Source: Acidobacteriota bacterium
GTDB lineage: Bacteria > Acidobacteriota > UBA6911 > RPQK01 > JADFOI01
Length of the DNA: 64,000 bases
Direction: 5' to 3'
NCBI GenBank assembly: GCA_963663035.1
Contig: OY760074.1
Span: 3,488,001-3,552,000, forward strand
In this document: piece by piece, positions 21,204 through 30,609 of the stretch
How positions within the stretch are numbered: position 1 is the first letter of the stretch
Layout: each line of letters begins with the position of its first letter
Notes under the pieces: model-generated
Seen by the model: the letters and a program-made list of their open reading frames with translations, nothing else
What the model was told of the DNA's origin: nothing
Databases searched by the model: none
Made by a program: the position numbers and the translations under genes

Positions 21204-22307
21204 CTAAGGGTTGAAAAAGAATTGGATGACGTCGCCGTCTTGGATCTGATAATCCTTTCCTTCGGTTCGTACCAGACCCAGGCGATTCAATTCCTGAAAA
21301 CCGCTGTGCTGGCACAGGTCCGCAAAAGAGGCGACTTGTGCCCGAATGAAGCCCTGCTCCATGTCCGAGTGGATCTTTCCGGCGGCCTGAGGCGCCCGAG
21401 TCGACCTCTCCACTTCCCAGGCCCTGAGCTTTTCATTGGCGATGGTGTAGAAGGTCAGAAGTCCCAGGAGCTTGAATGCTTTCCTGACTAGTCTCTGAAG
21501 ACCAGATTCCGTCATTTTCAGTTCCTTCATGAATTCAGCCCGCTCCTCCGCATCCAGCTGCTGGACTTCCCATTCTATCCGGGCCGACACGGTGACGACT
21601 TCTGTACCGGAAGGCTGCCGCAACATTGGGCTCTCCTTGAGCTGCTCCAGACAGGGCTGATTCCCTCCCTGGGATTCACTCTCGGACAGGTTGGCCACGT
21701 ACAGAACGGGTTTCCCTGTTAACACACCCAGTCCCTTCAATTCTCGCTGATCTTCTCGGTCCAGATCGATTGTCGACAGCGGCATACCCTCGTCCAGTTT
21801 TGCTCGGTAAAGCAGCCACCGTTCCTTTTCCGTGGCATACTCTCGGGGATCGGTTTGCCAGATTCGCTGACGCTTTTCAATGGCGCGATTCAGCACGTCC
21901 AGGTCAGCCAGCAGCAGCTCGGTCTCGACCACCTCCAGATCTCGCACCGGATCCACGCCCTCCAGAACATGAGCGACCTCATCTGCCTGGAAGCAACGAA
22001 CCACATGGGCCAGGGCATCCACTTGACGGATATTCCCCAGGAACTGGTTCCCCAGTCCCTCACCCTGGCTGGCACCCTCGACCAGTCCGGCAATGTCGAT
22101 GAACTGGATAAAGCAAGGCGTACACTCTTCAGGCTCCAGGATTTCATTGAGTTCCGCCAGCCGCCCGTCGGGTACCGGAACCATGCCCGTGTTGCTGTCA
22201 ATAGTGGTGAAGGGGTAATTGGAGACATTGGCTTGACCTGCTGTGAGCAAATTAAACAAAGTGGATTTTCCGACGTTGGGCAGGCCGATGATTCCCACCG
22301 AAAGCAT
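21204..22307 (-). CDS. ychF: Ribosome-binding ATPase YchF
   Basis: GIIGLPNVGKSTLFN, NYPFTTI, DIAGLVEGASQGEGLGNQFL, TGS domain AGKIHSD. Confidence 0.96.
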   Translation of the reverse strand: MLSVGIIGLPNVGKSTLFNLLTAGQANVSNYPFTTIDSNTGMVPVPDGRLAELNEILEPEECTPCFIQFIDIAGLVEGASQGEGLGNQFLGNIRQVDALAHVVRCFQADEVAHVLEGVDPVRDLEVVETELLLADLDVLNRAIEKRQRIWQTDPREYATEKERWLLYRAKLDEGMPLSTIDLDREDQRELKGLGVLTGKPVLYVANLSESESQGGNQPCLEQLKESPMLRQPSGTEVVTVSARIEWEVQQLDAEERAEFMKELKMTESGLQRLVRKAFKLLGLLTFYTIANEKLRAWEVERSTRAPQAAGKIHSDMEQGFIRAQVASFADLCQHSGFQELNRLGLVRTEGKDYQIQDGDVIQFFFNP

Positions 22308-22353
22308 AGCAAGTTTCAACTGACCACTGACAGCTGACAGCTGACAATAGTCC

Positions 22354-24030
22354 TCAGGCCTCAGTCCGGGGGATGCTGAAGACGGTTCCCACCACCAACA
22401 CCACCACGGCCCCCACGACGTTATAGTAAAGAAATGAAATATCGGTGTAGATGCTGACCAGGAACACGGAAAGCATTCCGCCCCAAAGCCCCCAGAATGC
22501 TCCTGTCCCATTAGCCCTTTTTACCAGGAAGGCCAGCAGAAAGACCCCCAGCAGGGACCCGTAAAAGTAGGATCCTACACGGTTGACGGCCTCGATCAAG
22601 GAGCCCAGTTGGCCTGCATAAAGAGCCATTCCGCCGGCCAACACTCCCCACAGCAGAGTCGTCCACCGGGAGGCGGCCAGATAATGTCTCTCAGAGGCGT
22701 CCCGCTTCCAGTAGCGCCGGTAAAAATCCACAATCGTAGCGCTGGAGAGGGCCGTAAGCTCAGAATCCAGTGAAGACATGGCTGCCGCAAAAATGACGGC
22801 GATCATCAGTCCCAGCACACCAGCCGGAACGTACTTGATCAGAAAGGAGGGAAAAACGTAATTCACATCATTGGAGGACGCTCCTCGCACCTCCTCTACC
22901 AGCTCCTTTGATTCCCTTCGCAAAAGGGCCAGCTGCTGGTCATACTCTTGAATTTGATCCTGCCAGGGACCCAGGTCCTCTCCACTGCGACGTGCTTGCA
23001 GGAGATCCAGTGTGGCGACCCTTCGGAGATCGTGAGTCTGTTCGTGTTGGGTCCTCAGTTGAGCAAATTCGTCTCGCTGCTGGCTGCTCTCGACCAGGGC
23101 GGTCTCGACGGGATTGAAGATCAGAGGCGGGCGCTCAAAATGATAGAAAACAAAGAGTAAAACGCCGATAGAGAGTATGAGAAACTGCATGGGGACTTTC
23201 AGGAAGGCGATAAAGATCAAAGACAGTCGACTCTGCTTGAGGGACTTGGCGGTTAGATAGCGCTGGACTTGACTCTGATCGCATCCAAAGTAAGCCAGTG
23301 CCAGGAAGAAGCCGCCGATGAGACCTGACCAGAGGGTGTATCTGTTGTTCAGATCCCAGGATAGGTCGATGCTCTTCCACATCTGCTGAATGCCTCCAAT
23401 GTAGATCGCATCTCCCATGCCGACCTCCGAAGGCAACTCGGCAAACAGGACCAGCAGGGCAACCCCAATTCCAGCAAACATCATCAGCATCTGCACCACA
23501 TCCGTCCAAATGACGGCCGTGATTCCTCCCACCATCGTGTAGAGAATGGTCACCGCTCCCATGATCACAATGGTGACGGTCTCGTCCCAGCCCATGATGA
23601 TAGAGAGCACTACCGCCGGTGCATACATCACGATCCCGGCCGCCATTCCCCGTGAGACCAAAAACAGAAAGCTGGTCAGGGAACGTGTCTTGGCATCAAA
23701 GCGGTTCTCCAGATATTCGTAAGCGGTATAGACCTTGGCCCCATAGAAGAAGGGCACGAACAACACAGACAACACGATCATTGCCAGAGGAAGAGGCAGG
23801 TAGACCTGGATGAATTCCATGCCATCGTCATAGGCTTGCCCGGTCGTTCCAATAAAGGTGATGGCGCTGGCCTGAGTAGCCATGACCGAGAGCCCTATTG
23901 CGCCCCAGGGGAGACGACGATTTGCAAGGTAGTATCCTTCTATGCCCACGTTCTTTCGACTTTGGAAGATGGCAAAGGCGATCACGCCACCGAAGTAGAG
24001 GGCAAAGATAAACCAGTCCAGAGCAGTCAT
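22354..24030 (-). CDS. Sodium:solute symporter
   Basis: SVMATQASAITF, YEYLE.RFD, GG..AVIWTD, DQSQVQRYL, AAAMSSLDS. Confidence 0.93.
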   Translation of the reverse strand: MTALDWFIFALYFGGVIAFAIFQSRKNVGIEGYYLANRRLPWGAIGLSVMATQASAITFIGTTGQAYDDGMEFIQVYLPLPLAMIVLSVLFVPFFYGAKVYTAYEYLENRFDAKTRSLTSFLFLVSRGMAAGIVMYAPAVVLSIIMGWDETVTIVIMGAVTILYTMVGGITAVIWTDVVQMLMMFAGIGVALLVLFAELPSEVGMGDAIYIGGIQQMWKSIDLSWDLNNRYTLWSGLIGGFFLALAYFGCDQSQVQRYLTAKSLKQSRLSLIFIAFLKVPMQFLILSIGVLLFVFYHFERPPLIFNPVETALVESSQQRDEFAQLRTQHEQTHDLRRVATLDLLQARRSGEDLGPWQDQIQEYDQQLALLRRESKELVEEVRGASSNDVNYVFPSFLIKYVPAGVLGLMIAVIFAAAMSSLDSELTALSSATIVDFYRRYWKRDASERHYLAASRWTTLLWGVLAGGMALYAGQLGSLIEAVNRVGSYFYGSLLGVFLLAFLVKRANGTGAFWGLWGGMLSVFLVSIYTDISFLYYNVVGAVVVLVVGTVFSIPRTEA

Positions 24031-24161
24031 TGAATGCTGTGATCAAGAGCGATGGTTAGAAGATAAAGCAGCAAAATGATAACTGTCGCATAGACGATCA
24101 CGGTCAGATACAGCCAATTCCAACTTGGGAAAATGCCAACTCTTTCGTCTTTTTCGTCCAT
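24027..24161 (-). CDS. Small single-TM protein (44 aa) coupled to the symporter, absent from the ORF track
   Basis: MDEKDERVGIFPSWNWLYLTVIVYATVIILLLYLLTIALDHSIQ; stop overlaps the symporter ATG (ATGA). Confidence 0.75.
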   Translation of the reverse strand: MDEKDERVGIFPSWNWLYLTVIVYATVIILLLYLLTIALDHSIQ

Positions 24162-24197
24162 TTTACGCCTGGTCTTTGATTAAACTAAGTGAGGCAC

Positions 24198-24923
24198 TCA
24201 CGGATGGGAGGAAAAGAGGCGGTGATTGTTTCTTCCTTCTTGCTTCACGCAGTACATGGCCGTATCGGCATTCTTCATGAGAGTCTCTGGCGTGTCTCCG
24301 TCATCGGGATAGAGGCTGATGCCGATACTGGCCGAGGTGAAAAGCTCACGCCCCTCGATGCGGAAGGGTTTTTTTAAGGTGCCAATAAGTTTCTTGGCAA
24401 CCGTGATGGCATCTTCCGCCTGGGTAATTTCTGGGAGCAATATGATGAACTCATCCCCACCAAGTCGTGCAACCACATCGCTGGCACGCAGACAACTCTT
24501 CAGCCATTTGGCCACGCCTTGCAACAAGCGGTCGCCCACCGTGTGCCCCCAGGTATCATTGATGGACTTGAAGTGATCCAGGTCAATGAACAGTACGGCA
24601 AGTTTCCGATGGTTGCGGTGTGCCAATTCCAGTGCCTGTCCCAGATGACTGTGAAACAGTCTGCGGTTGGGCAGATTTGTCAAGCTATCATAATGGGCGT
24701 AGCGTGCCAGCTCCGCTTCCGCTTGCCTACGCTTGGCGAGTTCGCGTTTCAGTGCCTCGTTGACTTCCGCTAGTTCAGCCATGCGGGCTCCCAATTCAGC
24801 CAGGTCCTGGGGTACCGTCGGCAGCTCAGTCAGTTGTTTCTCTGTTTCCTTTTCGGACTTCGTCGGTGCGTGCTTTTGTGGGATCGTGCTTTCGTGCGGT
24901 CGTGAACTCATCCGTTCACTCAC
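24198..24923 (-). CDS. Diguanylate cyclase: coiled coil plus GGDEF
   Basis: AHYDSLTNLPNRRLF, IDLDHFK.IND, I-site RASD, intact GGDEF. Confidence 0.9.
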   Translation of the reverse strand: MSERMSSRPHESTIPQKHAPTKSEKETEKQLTELPTVPQDLAELGARMAELAEVNEALKRELAKRRQAEAELARYAHYDSLTNLPNRRLFHSHLGQALELAHRNHRKLAVLFIDLDHFKSINDTWGHTVGDRLLQGVAKWLKSCLRASDVVARLGGDEFIILLPEITQAEDAITVAKKLIGTLKKPFRIEGRELFTSASIGISLYPDDGDTPETLMKNADTAMYCVKQEGRNNHRLFSSHP

Positions 24924-24939
24924 TCACCCTCTCTCGGGC

Positions 24940-26268
24940 TCATCGGACGGCGTTGATAAGCTTGTTCAGAATGTTTTTGCGTGCTGGATCGCTCTTGCGC
25001 AAATTCTCAATTTTACGGATCGAGTGAAGAACTGTTGTGTGGTGTTTTCCCCCGAACTCCTTGCCGATTTGGGGTAGTGAACTGTTGGTCAGTTCTCGGC
25101 ACAAAAACATGGCCATTTGACGGGGCTCAGCCACCCGCCTCGAATTGTCTTTGGCTTTGAGCTCAGAGACTTCCAAAGAGTAATGGTCGGCCACCACCTT
25201 CTGGATCCCATCTATGGAGATAAGACGAGTATTGTTTTCGGTGAGGTTCTTGAGCACCTCTTCGGCCATGGGAAGCGTAATCTCTCTTCCGGTCAGTCTA
25301 CTGTAGGCGCCCAGCCGCACCAGGGCCCCCTCCAGCTCTCGAACATTCGACTTGACATTGGTGGCGATGAAATAAGCCACGTCATCAGGCAGGTTGATGC
25401 TTTCAAATTCCGCCTTCTTGCGGAGAATGGCAATCTTGGTCTCCACATCTGGGGGTTGCATATCTGCGATTAAGCCCCATTCAAAACGACTGTGGAGCCG
25501 CTCCTCTACGGTTGGAATCTCCCGAGGTGGACAATCGCTGGTCATGACGATCTGCTTCTGGGAGTCATATAAGGCGTTAAAGGTATGGAAAAATTCCTCC
25601 TGGGTGCGCTCTTTGCCAGCCAGGAATTGAACGTCATCCATCAAGAGCACATCGATACTGCGATACTTCTCTCTGAACTGGATGGTTTGGTCGTAGCGGA
25701 TGGCGTTGATCAACTCGTTCATGAACTGCTCAGAGGACATATAGAGGAGCCGCGCCTGGGGAGTTTGAGCCTTGATGCAATGCCCGATGGCGTGCATCAA
25801 ATGGGTTTTTCCAAGGCCTACTCCTCCATAAATAAAAAATGGGTTATAGGCTTTGGCAGGCTGCTCGGACACGGCAACTCCAGCGGCGTGGGCAAACTGA
25901 TTGCAAAACCCCACCACAAAGCGACTGAAGGTGTAGTTACCATTGAGATGGCAAAGTGCAGCGTCCGGACAAGGCTCCCCCAGGGTTGCTGCCAGCCGCT
26001 CTTCACTCAAGCCACTCTTACGCGAATCGTCGTAGGCAACGAAGGAAATCCGGAAGTGATCCAGTTTCAGTTCAGATAAAGACGCCTGAATGGCTTCGGA
26101 AAAGTTCTGGTCGAGCCAATATTGAAAATGGGTATTGGGGACGTGAACAAAGAGCCTCTTGTTCTCTAGATCCTGCTTCTGAAGGGAAGTCGGTTTGAAC
26201 CAGATATCAAAGTTTTGAAAGGAAACCCTTTTTTCAATCCGCGAAAGAACATTATTCCATAGGTCCAT
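24940..26268 (-). CDS. dnaA: Chromosomal replication initiator DnaA, possibly a paralog
   Basis: YNPFFIYGGVGLGKTHLM, LLMDDVQFL, QEEFFHTFN, NVRELEGAL, domain IV SLPQIGKEFGGKHHTTVLHS. Confidence 0.95.
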   Translation of the reverse strand: MDLWNNVLSRIEKRVSFQNFDIWFKPTSLQKQDLENKRLFVHVPNTHFQYWLDQNFSEAIQASLSELKLDHFRISFVAYDDSRKSGLSEERLAATLGEPCPDAALCHLNGNYTFSRFVVGFCNQFAHAAGVAVSEQPAKAYNPFFIYGGVGLGKTHLMHAIGHCIKAQTPQARLLYMSSEQFMNELINAIRYDQTIQFREKYRSIDVLLMDDVQFLAGKERTQEEFFHTFNALYDSQKQIVMTSDCPPREIPTVEERLHSRFEWGLIADMQPPDVETKIAILRKKAEFESINLPDDVAYFIATNVKSNVRELEGALVRLGAYSRLTGREITLPMAEEVLKNLTENNTRLISIDGIQKVVADHYSLEVSELKAKDNSRRVAEPRQMAMFLCRELTNSSLPQIGKEFGGKHHTTVLHSIRKIENLRKSDPARKNILNKLINAVR

Positions 26269-26352
26269 GGCGTACCTTCGAGTTCACAGGCAGGGGCGAA
26301 TCCGCAACTCAAAATCACTGAAATCCGCAGGCTCTAGTTGGGTTCCCTGCCG

Positions 26353-26564
26353 ATTTCCACAGTAATTCAACAGATGTGGAAAACCCTCTGGCTTCCCTTT
26401 GTGAGAGTGTGCCCGATAGCGAGTACCCTAACATGAGCTCAAAACCGATTTCAACGGATTTTTTGAAGAAAGTATCAGTGAAAGAGTCGAGCAACCCAGT
26501 TATACCCTGCAAAGCATGTTTTGGTTGGATTTTGAGCGCGCGCTGCTCCAGAATCTGTTGAAGA
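26353..26564. promoter_or_regulatory. Degenerate DnaA-box-like motifs upstream of dnaA
   Basis: ATTTCCACA 26353-61, AATTCAACA 26364-72, TGTGGAAAA 26375-83, TGTTGAAGA 26556-64; none is a perfect TTATCCACA. Confidence 0.45.
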
Positions 26565-26715
26565 ACTGTGACAGTTTAGAGTAAGTTCGTTTCCTATAAT
26601 GCACTTGCGGGGAGATCTCTATTTGGGAGGACAGAGACGGCGATTTCCTGCCATCGGCCTTATGCTCTTTTTACCGTTTTGGCTGTTTAACTGGTCCCAC
26701 CAAAACGCAAAGTTC

Positions 26716-27510
26716 TTGAACTTCTTGCGGGTCCTGGTCGTGGTCACGGTTGTGCTGATGGCATCCTGTTCCAACCCGCCGGCTAGCTCATCGGAAACAT
26801 TCGCGGAGGATCCTTCCCAGACAACTTCTCCTCCTGGTCCCGTCTCGATGAGTGTTCGGGAAGGGCAAGACCGAGGAGGCCAGGTCCTGGAAGGACGAGT
26901 TCTTTTTGAAGGCTCGAATATTCCCCGCTCTACCCGGGTCCAAAACACAACAGATCCACAGGATTGTGAAACGATTCAATCGCTCAGTAATATCATCATC
27001 TCCGGGGAGAACCGAGGCATCAAGAATGTTATTCTTGCCCTCAAGGGTGTACCTGTTCCAAAGGACTACCGCCCCCAACCCTCCCCCCTCATCCTGGACA
27101 ACCGCGACTGCCAGTTTGAACCGCATGTGGGGGTACTGACGACCGGGAGCAGCATTGAAGCCGTTAACCGTGACCCCATCTTTCATTCGGTCCACTTGTA
27201 CGGATTTCTCAACCTAAACCTAGCCTTGGGTCCAAACCAAGCCAAGGTTGCTCAGACGGTAGAACGTCCAGGCTACGTCATCGTCAAATGCGACGTTCAT
27301 GGTTGGATGCAGGCTTTTTTCAGGGTTGACAATCATCCCTTCCACTCCGTTAGCGCTGCAGACGGCAGCTTCCGGATCGAGAACATCCCGCCAGGTTCTT
27401 ACGTGCTGGAGGTTTGGCACGAATACTTTGGAGAAAAGGAAATCGCGGTGATAATAGGAGGTGATGCGCCCTCGCGTGTCACCATAGACTTTCGCGATCA
27501 ATCACCCTGA
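26716..27510 (+). CDS. Lipoprotein with a cupredoxin-like domain and a carboxypeptidase-regulatory-like domain
   Basis: Signal ending VLMASC from TTG 26716; CQFEPHV, HSVH, KCDVHGWM; GSFRIENIPPGSY.LEVWHE. Confidence 0.75.
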   Translation: MNFLRVLVVVTVVLMASCSNPPASSSETFAEDPSQTTSPPGPVSMSVREGQDRGGQVLEGRVLFEGSNIPRSTRVQNTTDPQDCETIQSLSNIIISGENRGIKNVILALKGVPVPKDYRPQPSPLILDNRDCQFEPHVGVLTTGSSIEAVNRDPIFHSVHLYGFLNLNLALGPNQAKVAQTVERPGYVIVKCDVHGWMQAFFRVDNHPFHSVSAADGSFRIENIPPGSYVLEVWHEYFGEKEIAVIIGGDAPSRVTIDFRDQSP

Positions 27511-27532
27511 ACGGGAAAAAAGGAGGAGAAGA

Positions 27533-28306
27533 ATGAAAGTAAATTGCTTTCGAGTGTTGGTCTTTCTCATCTTTGTCTCACCCCTCATGATCTCCTGTGG
27601 GGAGGACACCGGGGGAGAAGCTGAGGAGGCGGCCGCTCAGCAGGCGCCACCGGCAGGTCCTCGCTCGCAGCCGGGGACAGAGATGGAAATCTATACGCCT
27701 GAACAGCACGAACTGTACAGTGGGATTTTCACCATCAGTGCCGGCCGGATCTATCAAGTCGGCCGCCTGGATGATCCACCCGGTTGGGATCACATAGATA
27801 ACGAAGCCCAGCGGGTGAATCCAGTGGAAGGGGTGGTCGATCTGGACGTTGATGAGATCCAAAACACCGGCACTTTCATTGCTCGGCTCCAAGTCCCGGA
27901 GGGAGAACTTGTGCTTGAAATTGATCGCTTTCACGAATTCAGTCCCTGCCAGGATGGAGGGGTGGCGGCCTACATTTTCGAGCACGGTGATTCAGGCTGT
28001 GGGGACTCCAATTGGCCCAAGTCGTTTCTCTATGTTGCAGGTTGGGGTTACGGGCATGCCACCTTGAACGGGGAGGAGCTGTACCAGGATTATCAGATGC
28101 ACTTTATGCTCACTCAGGGCATGCGTGATCGGGATACGTTAAAAGTGAGTTATCCACTGCTTAATAAAAGGAGTGCGGCTGGGGCGGTCGACCCGGCATC
28201 CCAGCAGCTGGATTTCTTTATTCGGAGTCCCGATCTGGAGGAACAGAACAATCCAAATAGAAAGGTTTTCGACCACTTCTTCGCTATGGAAGTGACCTGG
28301 AAGTAG
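27533..28306 (+). CDS. Hypothetical lipoprotein
   Basis: Strong SD AGGAGG, lipobox LMISC, EHGDSGCG...AGWG...HFMLT. Confidence 0.8.
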   Translation: MKVNCFRVLVFLIFVSPLMISCGEDTGGEAEEAAAQQAPPAGPRSQPGTEMEIYTPEQHELYSGIFTISAGRIYQVGRLDDPPGWDHIDNEAQRVNPVEGVVDLDVDEIQNTGTFIARLQVPEGELVLEIDRFHEFSPCQDGGVAAYIFEHGDSGCGDSNWPKSFLYVAGWGYGHATLNGEELYQDYQMHFMLTQGMRDRDTLKVSYPLLNKRSAAGAVDPASQQLDFFIRSPDLEEQNNPNRKVFDHFFAMEVTWK

Positions 28307-28610
28307 AAATTGGTTAGGCCAGACTGACGGTGACTGGCTCTCTCCGCAATTCACTGCTCAAATGACAGCAGAACTCTTTTTATATAAGTTACTTGCGAGG
28401 TTTTATTCGACGACTTCTGCTGGAATAGCCGCTATGGAGAAGAGTTTTTTTCGCTTTCCTTTTGCTTCCCTTTCGAATAGAATAGGAATCAGACACTTCG
28501 ACCGGGTAGACTTGGTTGGTTCAAATTCAGTTCAGTGGACCAGCCCCTCCCAAAGATCTAGTGGCTTCGATCAGAAAGTGATGGGAGAACAGTGACTCAG
28601 AATAACTGAT

Positions 28611-29579
28611 ATGGCCGATCAAAAAGACTCTCTGGACTTGCGTGAACTAGAGAACATGATCCTCTTGAAGGGTGTAGAACTTGAATCGATTCAAGGTGTT
28701 CTCGATAGCTGTTCAGTACAATACTTAAAAAAAGGCGATATCCTCATTCGCGCCGGACAACGTAATCATTCCCTTTTTATGCTTCTTTCGGGTCGTTTAC
28801 GTATTCACCTCGAGCTTTCGTTGAGTCCAATTGTCATAATGGGACCAGGCGAGCTCGTCGGAGAACTCTCTCTCATCGACGGCCAGCTGACCTCAGCCTA
28901 TGTTGTGGCCGCCGAGGATTGTCGCTTGCTAGTGATCGACGACAGGACAATGTGGTCTCTGGTTGCTTCCTGTCACGCCGTCGCGCGCAATCTCCTAGTT
29001 GTCCTTGCTCAGCGTTTACGTCATGGGAATTCTGTCCTCTTGACAGCCCAACACTCACAGCCCGTCGAGAATTACGCTGTTTTCGATGTGCTGACAGGTC
29101 TCTATAACCGTCAGGGCCTGGACGCGCTGCTGCCACGGGAAATGGAGCGCTGTAGTAGAAAAGGCAGTGCCCTTTCTTCACTGATGCTTGAGATCGATGA
29201 TTTCAGCAGCTACAGAGACTCCCATGGAAATCGGGGAGGTGACCGTGTCCTTTATACGATCGCACGGACTCTCAGAGAGAGTATGAGTGACGGCGAGATG
29301 ATCGCGCGCTACAGTGGGAACCAGTTCCTCGTTCTTTTACCGGACGCTGAAGTTGAGGCTGGCTGGGAGCTCGGAGGCCAGCTGCACGGGGCGGCCTCGA
29401 AGGCCAAAATATATCTCTCAGACCGGCGTCCTCTTCCTCCTGTTACGATCTCGGGTGGTCTGGCGCAGCTGACTGCTGGGGATACGCCGTTATCGTTTAT
29501 TGCCGCAGCCAAGTGGGCCCTTCATCAGGCTAAGAGACAGGGGGGCAATCGGTTGTCTAAAGTTGACCGTCCGGGCTAG
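28611..29579 (+). CDS. cNMP-binding domain plus degenerate GGDEF domain
   Basis: GELVGELSLIDG...SA.VVA; DVLTGLYNR; A-site SGNQF in place of GGDEF. Confidence 0.85.
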   Translation: MADQKDSLDLRELENMILLKGVELESIQGVLDSCSVQYLKKGDILIRAGQRNHSLFMLLSGRLRIHLELSLSPIVIMGPGELVGELSLIDGQLTSAYVVAAEDCRLLVIDDRTMWSLVASCHAVARNLLVVLAQRLRHGNSVLLTAQHSQPVENYAVFDVLTGLYNRQGLDALLPREMERCSRKGSALSSLMLEIDDFSSYRDSHGNRGGDRVLYTIARTLRESMSDGEMIARYSGNQFLVLLPDAEVEAGWELGGQLHGAASKAKIYLSDRRPLPPVTISGGLAQLTAGDTPLSFIAAAKWALHQAKRQGGNRLSKVDRPG

Positions 29580-29647
29580 CTGCCCGCACCCGCGAAGACC
29601 CCCGCTTCCAAGGACCTTGGGCCACATCGTTATCCAGGAGAGCAATC

Positions 29648-30490
29648 GTGGCGAACAATGAAATCAAGGATCACTACGCTTCTCCTGGGCTGTTACAACG
29701 CATCGTCCAGGGGCTCGAGGCCATCGGAAGGTCTCCCGCGTCTGTGGAGCTCGACGACCTCGCAGCGGTAGACGAGTTCCACCTTCGCGGGCCCGCGGCG
29801 ACCCAGGAGCTCATCGAGATTCTCGAGGTGGGCGCGGATTCCCACGTACTCGATGTGGGGTCCGGTCTGGGAGGGCCGGCGCGCCATCTTGCGAAGGCGA
29901 CCGGATGCCGGGTCACGGGTGTCGATCTGAGCGAGGACTACTGCGCGGTCGGGAACGAACTGACCGGCTGGCTGGGCCTGTCGGAGCGCGTTCGCCTCGA
30001 GCCGGGAGACGCGACCAGGCTCGAGCGCTTCGCTCCCTCTTCATTCGATGCTGCCTGGACGATTCATGTTGGCATGAACGTCCAGGACAAGGGCTCACTC
30101 TATGCCAGTGTCGCCCATGTCCTGAAGCCTGGAGCACAGTTCGTTCTGTTCGACATACTCTCAGCCGGCGCTGAAGAGCCACAATACCCAACGCCCTGGG
30201 CTGCAACGCCCGCGCAAAGCTTCCTTGCCACCGCTGATGAGATGTCTGCGCACCTCGGAGGCGCTGGCTTTTCCATCATAGAGATCGAAGACCAAACATC
30301 GCGGGCGCTCGCCTTTCTCGATCAGAATTTTGTTCGGATTAAAAGCCCGAGTGAGGGGCCGCCGCCGCTCGGACTCCACCTCATCATGGGACCGACCTTC
30401 AAGGAGAGCATCGCAGGTGTGCAACTGAATCTCGCGGAAGGCCGCCTGACGCTCACCCTCATTCACACTCGCAAGAACAGAAAAGGCTAA
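29648..30490 (+). CDS. Class I SAM-dependent methyltransferase
   Basis: DEFHLRG, VLDVGSGLGGPAR, VLKPG; noticeably higher GC than its neighbours. Confidence 0.88.
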   Translation: MANNEIKDHYASPGLLQRIVQGLEAIGRSPASVELDDLAAVDEFHLRGPAATQELIEILEVGADSHVLDVGSGLGGPARHLAKATGCRVTGVDLSEDYCAVGNELTGWLGLSERVRLEPGDATRLERFAPSSFDAAWTIHVGMNVQDKGSLYASVAHVLKPGAQFVLFDILSAGAEEPQYPTPWAATPAQSFLATADEMSAHLGGAGFSIIEIEDQTSRALAFLDQNFVRIKSPSEGPPPLGLHLIMGPTFKESIAGVQLNLAEGRLTLTLIHTRKNRKG

Positions 30491-30609
30491 TGACCAATCC
30501 TAGGATTCTCTTCACGTCGGGAGAGATGTCGTATTCTCGAGATAGGGCGCGGGCAGAGTACCTTCCCCTGAACAAGACCTCAGGGTAAAGCCAGTAACCA
30601 ATTTTTGGG

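Noticed and set aside
26269-26600. oriC
   Set aside because: No perfect DnaA boxes, no clear AT-rich unwinding element and no dnaN; kept only as possible autoregulatory boxes
28314-30492. Integron cassette / attC sites (GTTAGGC at 28314, GTTATCC near 29629)
   Set aside because: No matching RYYYAAC inverse cores or attC hairpins, and no integron integrase
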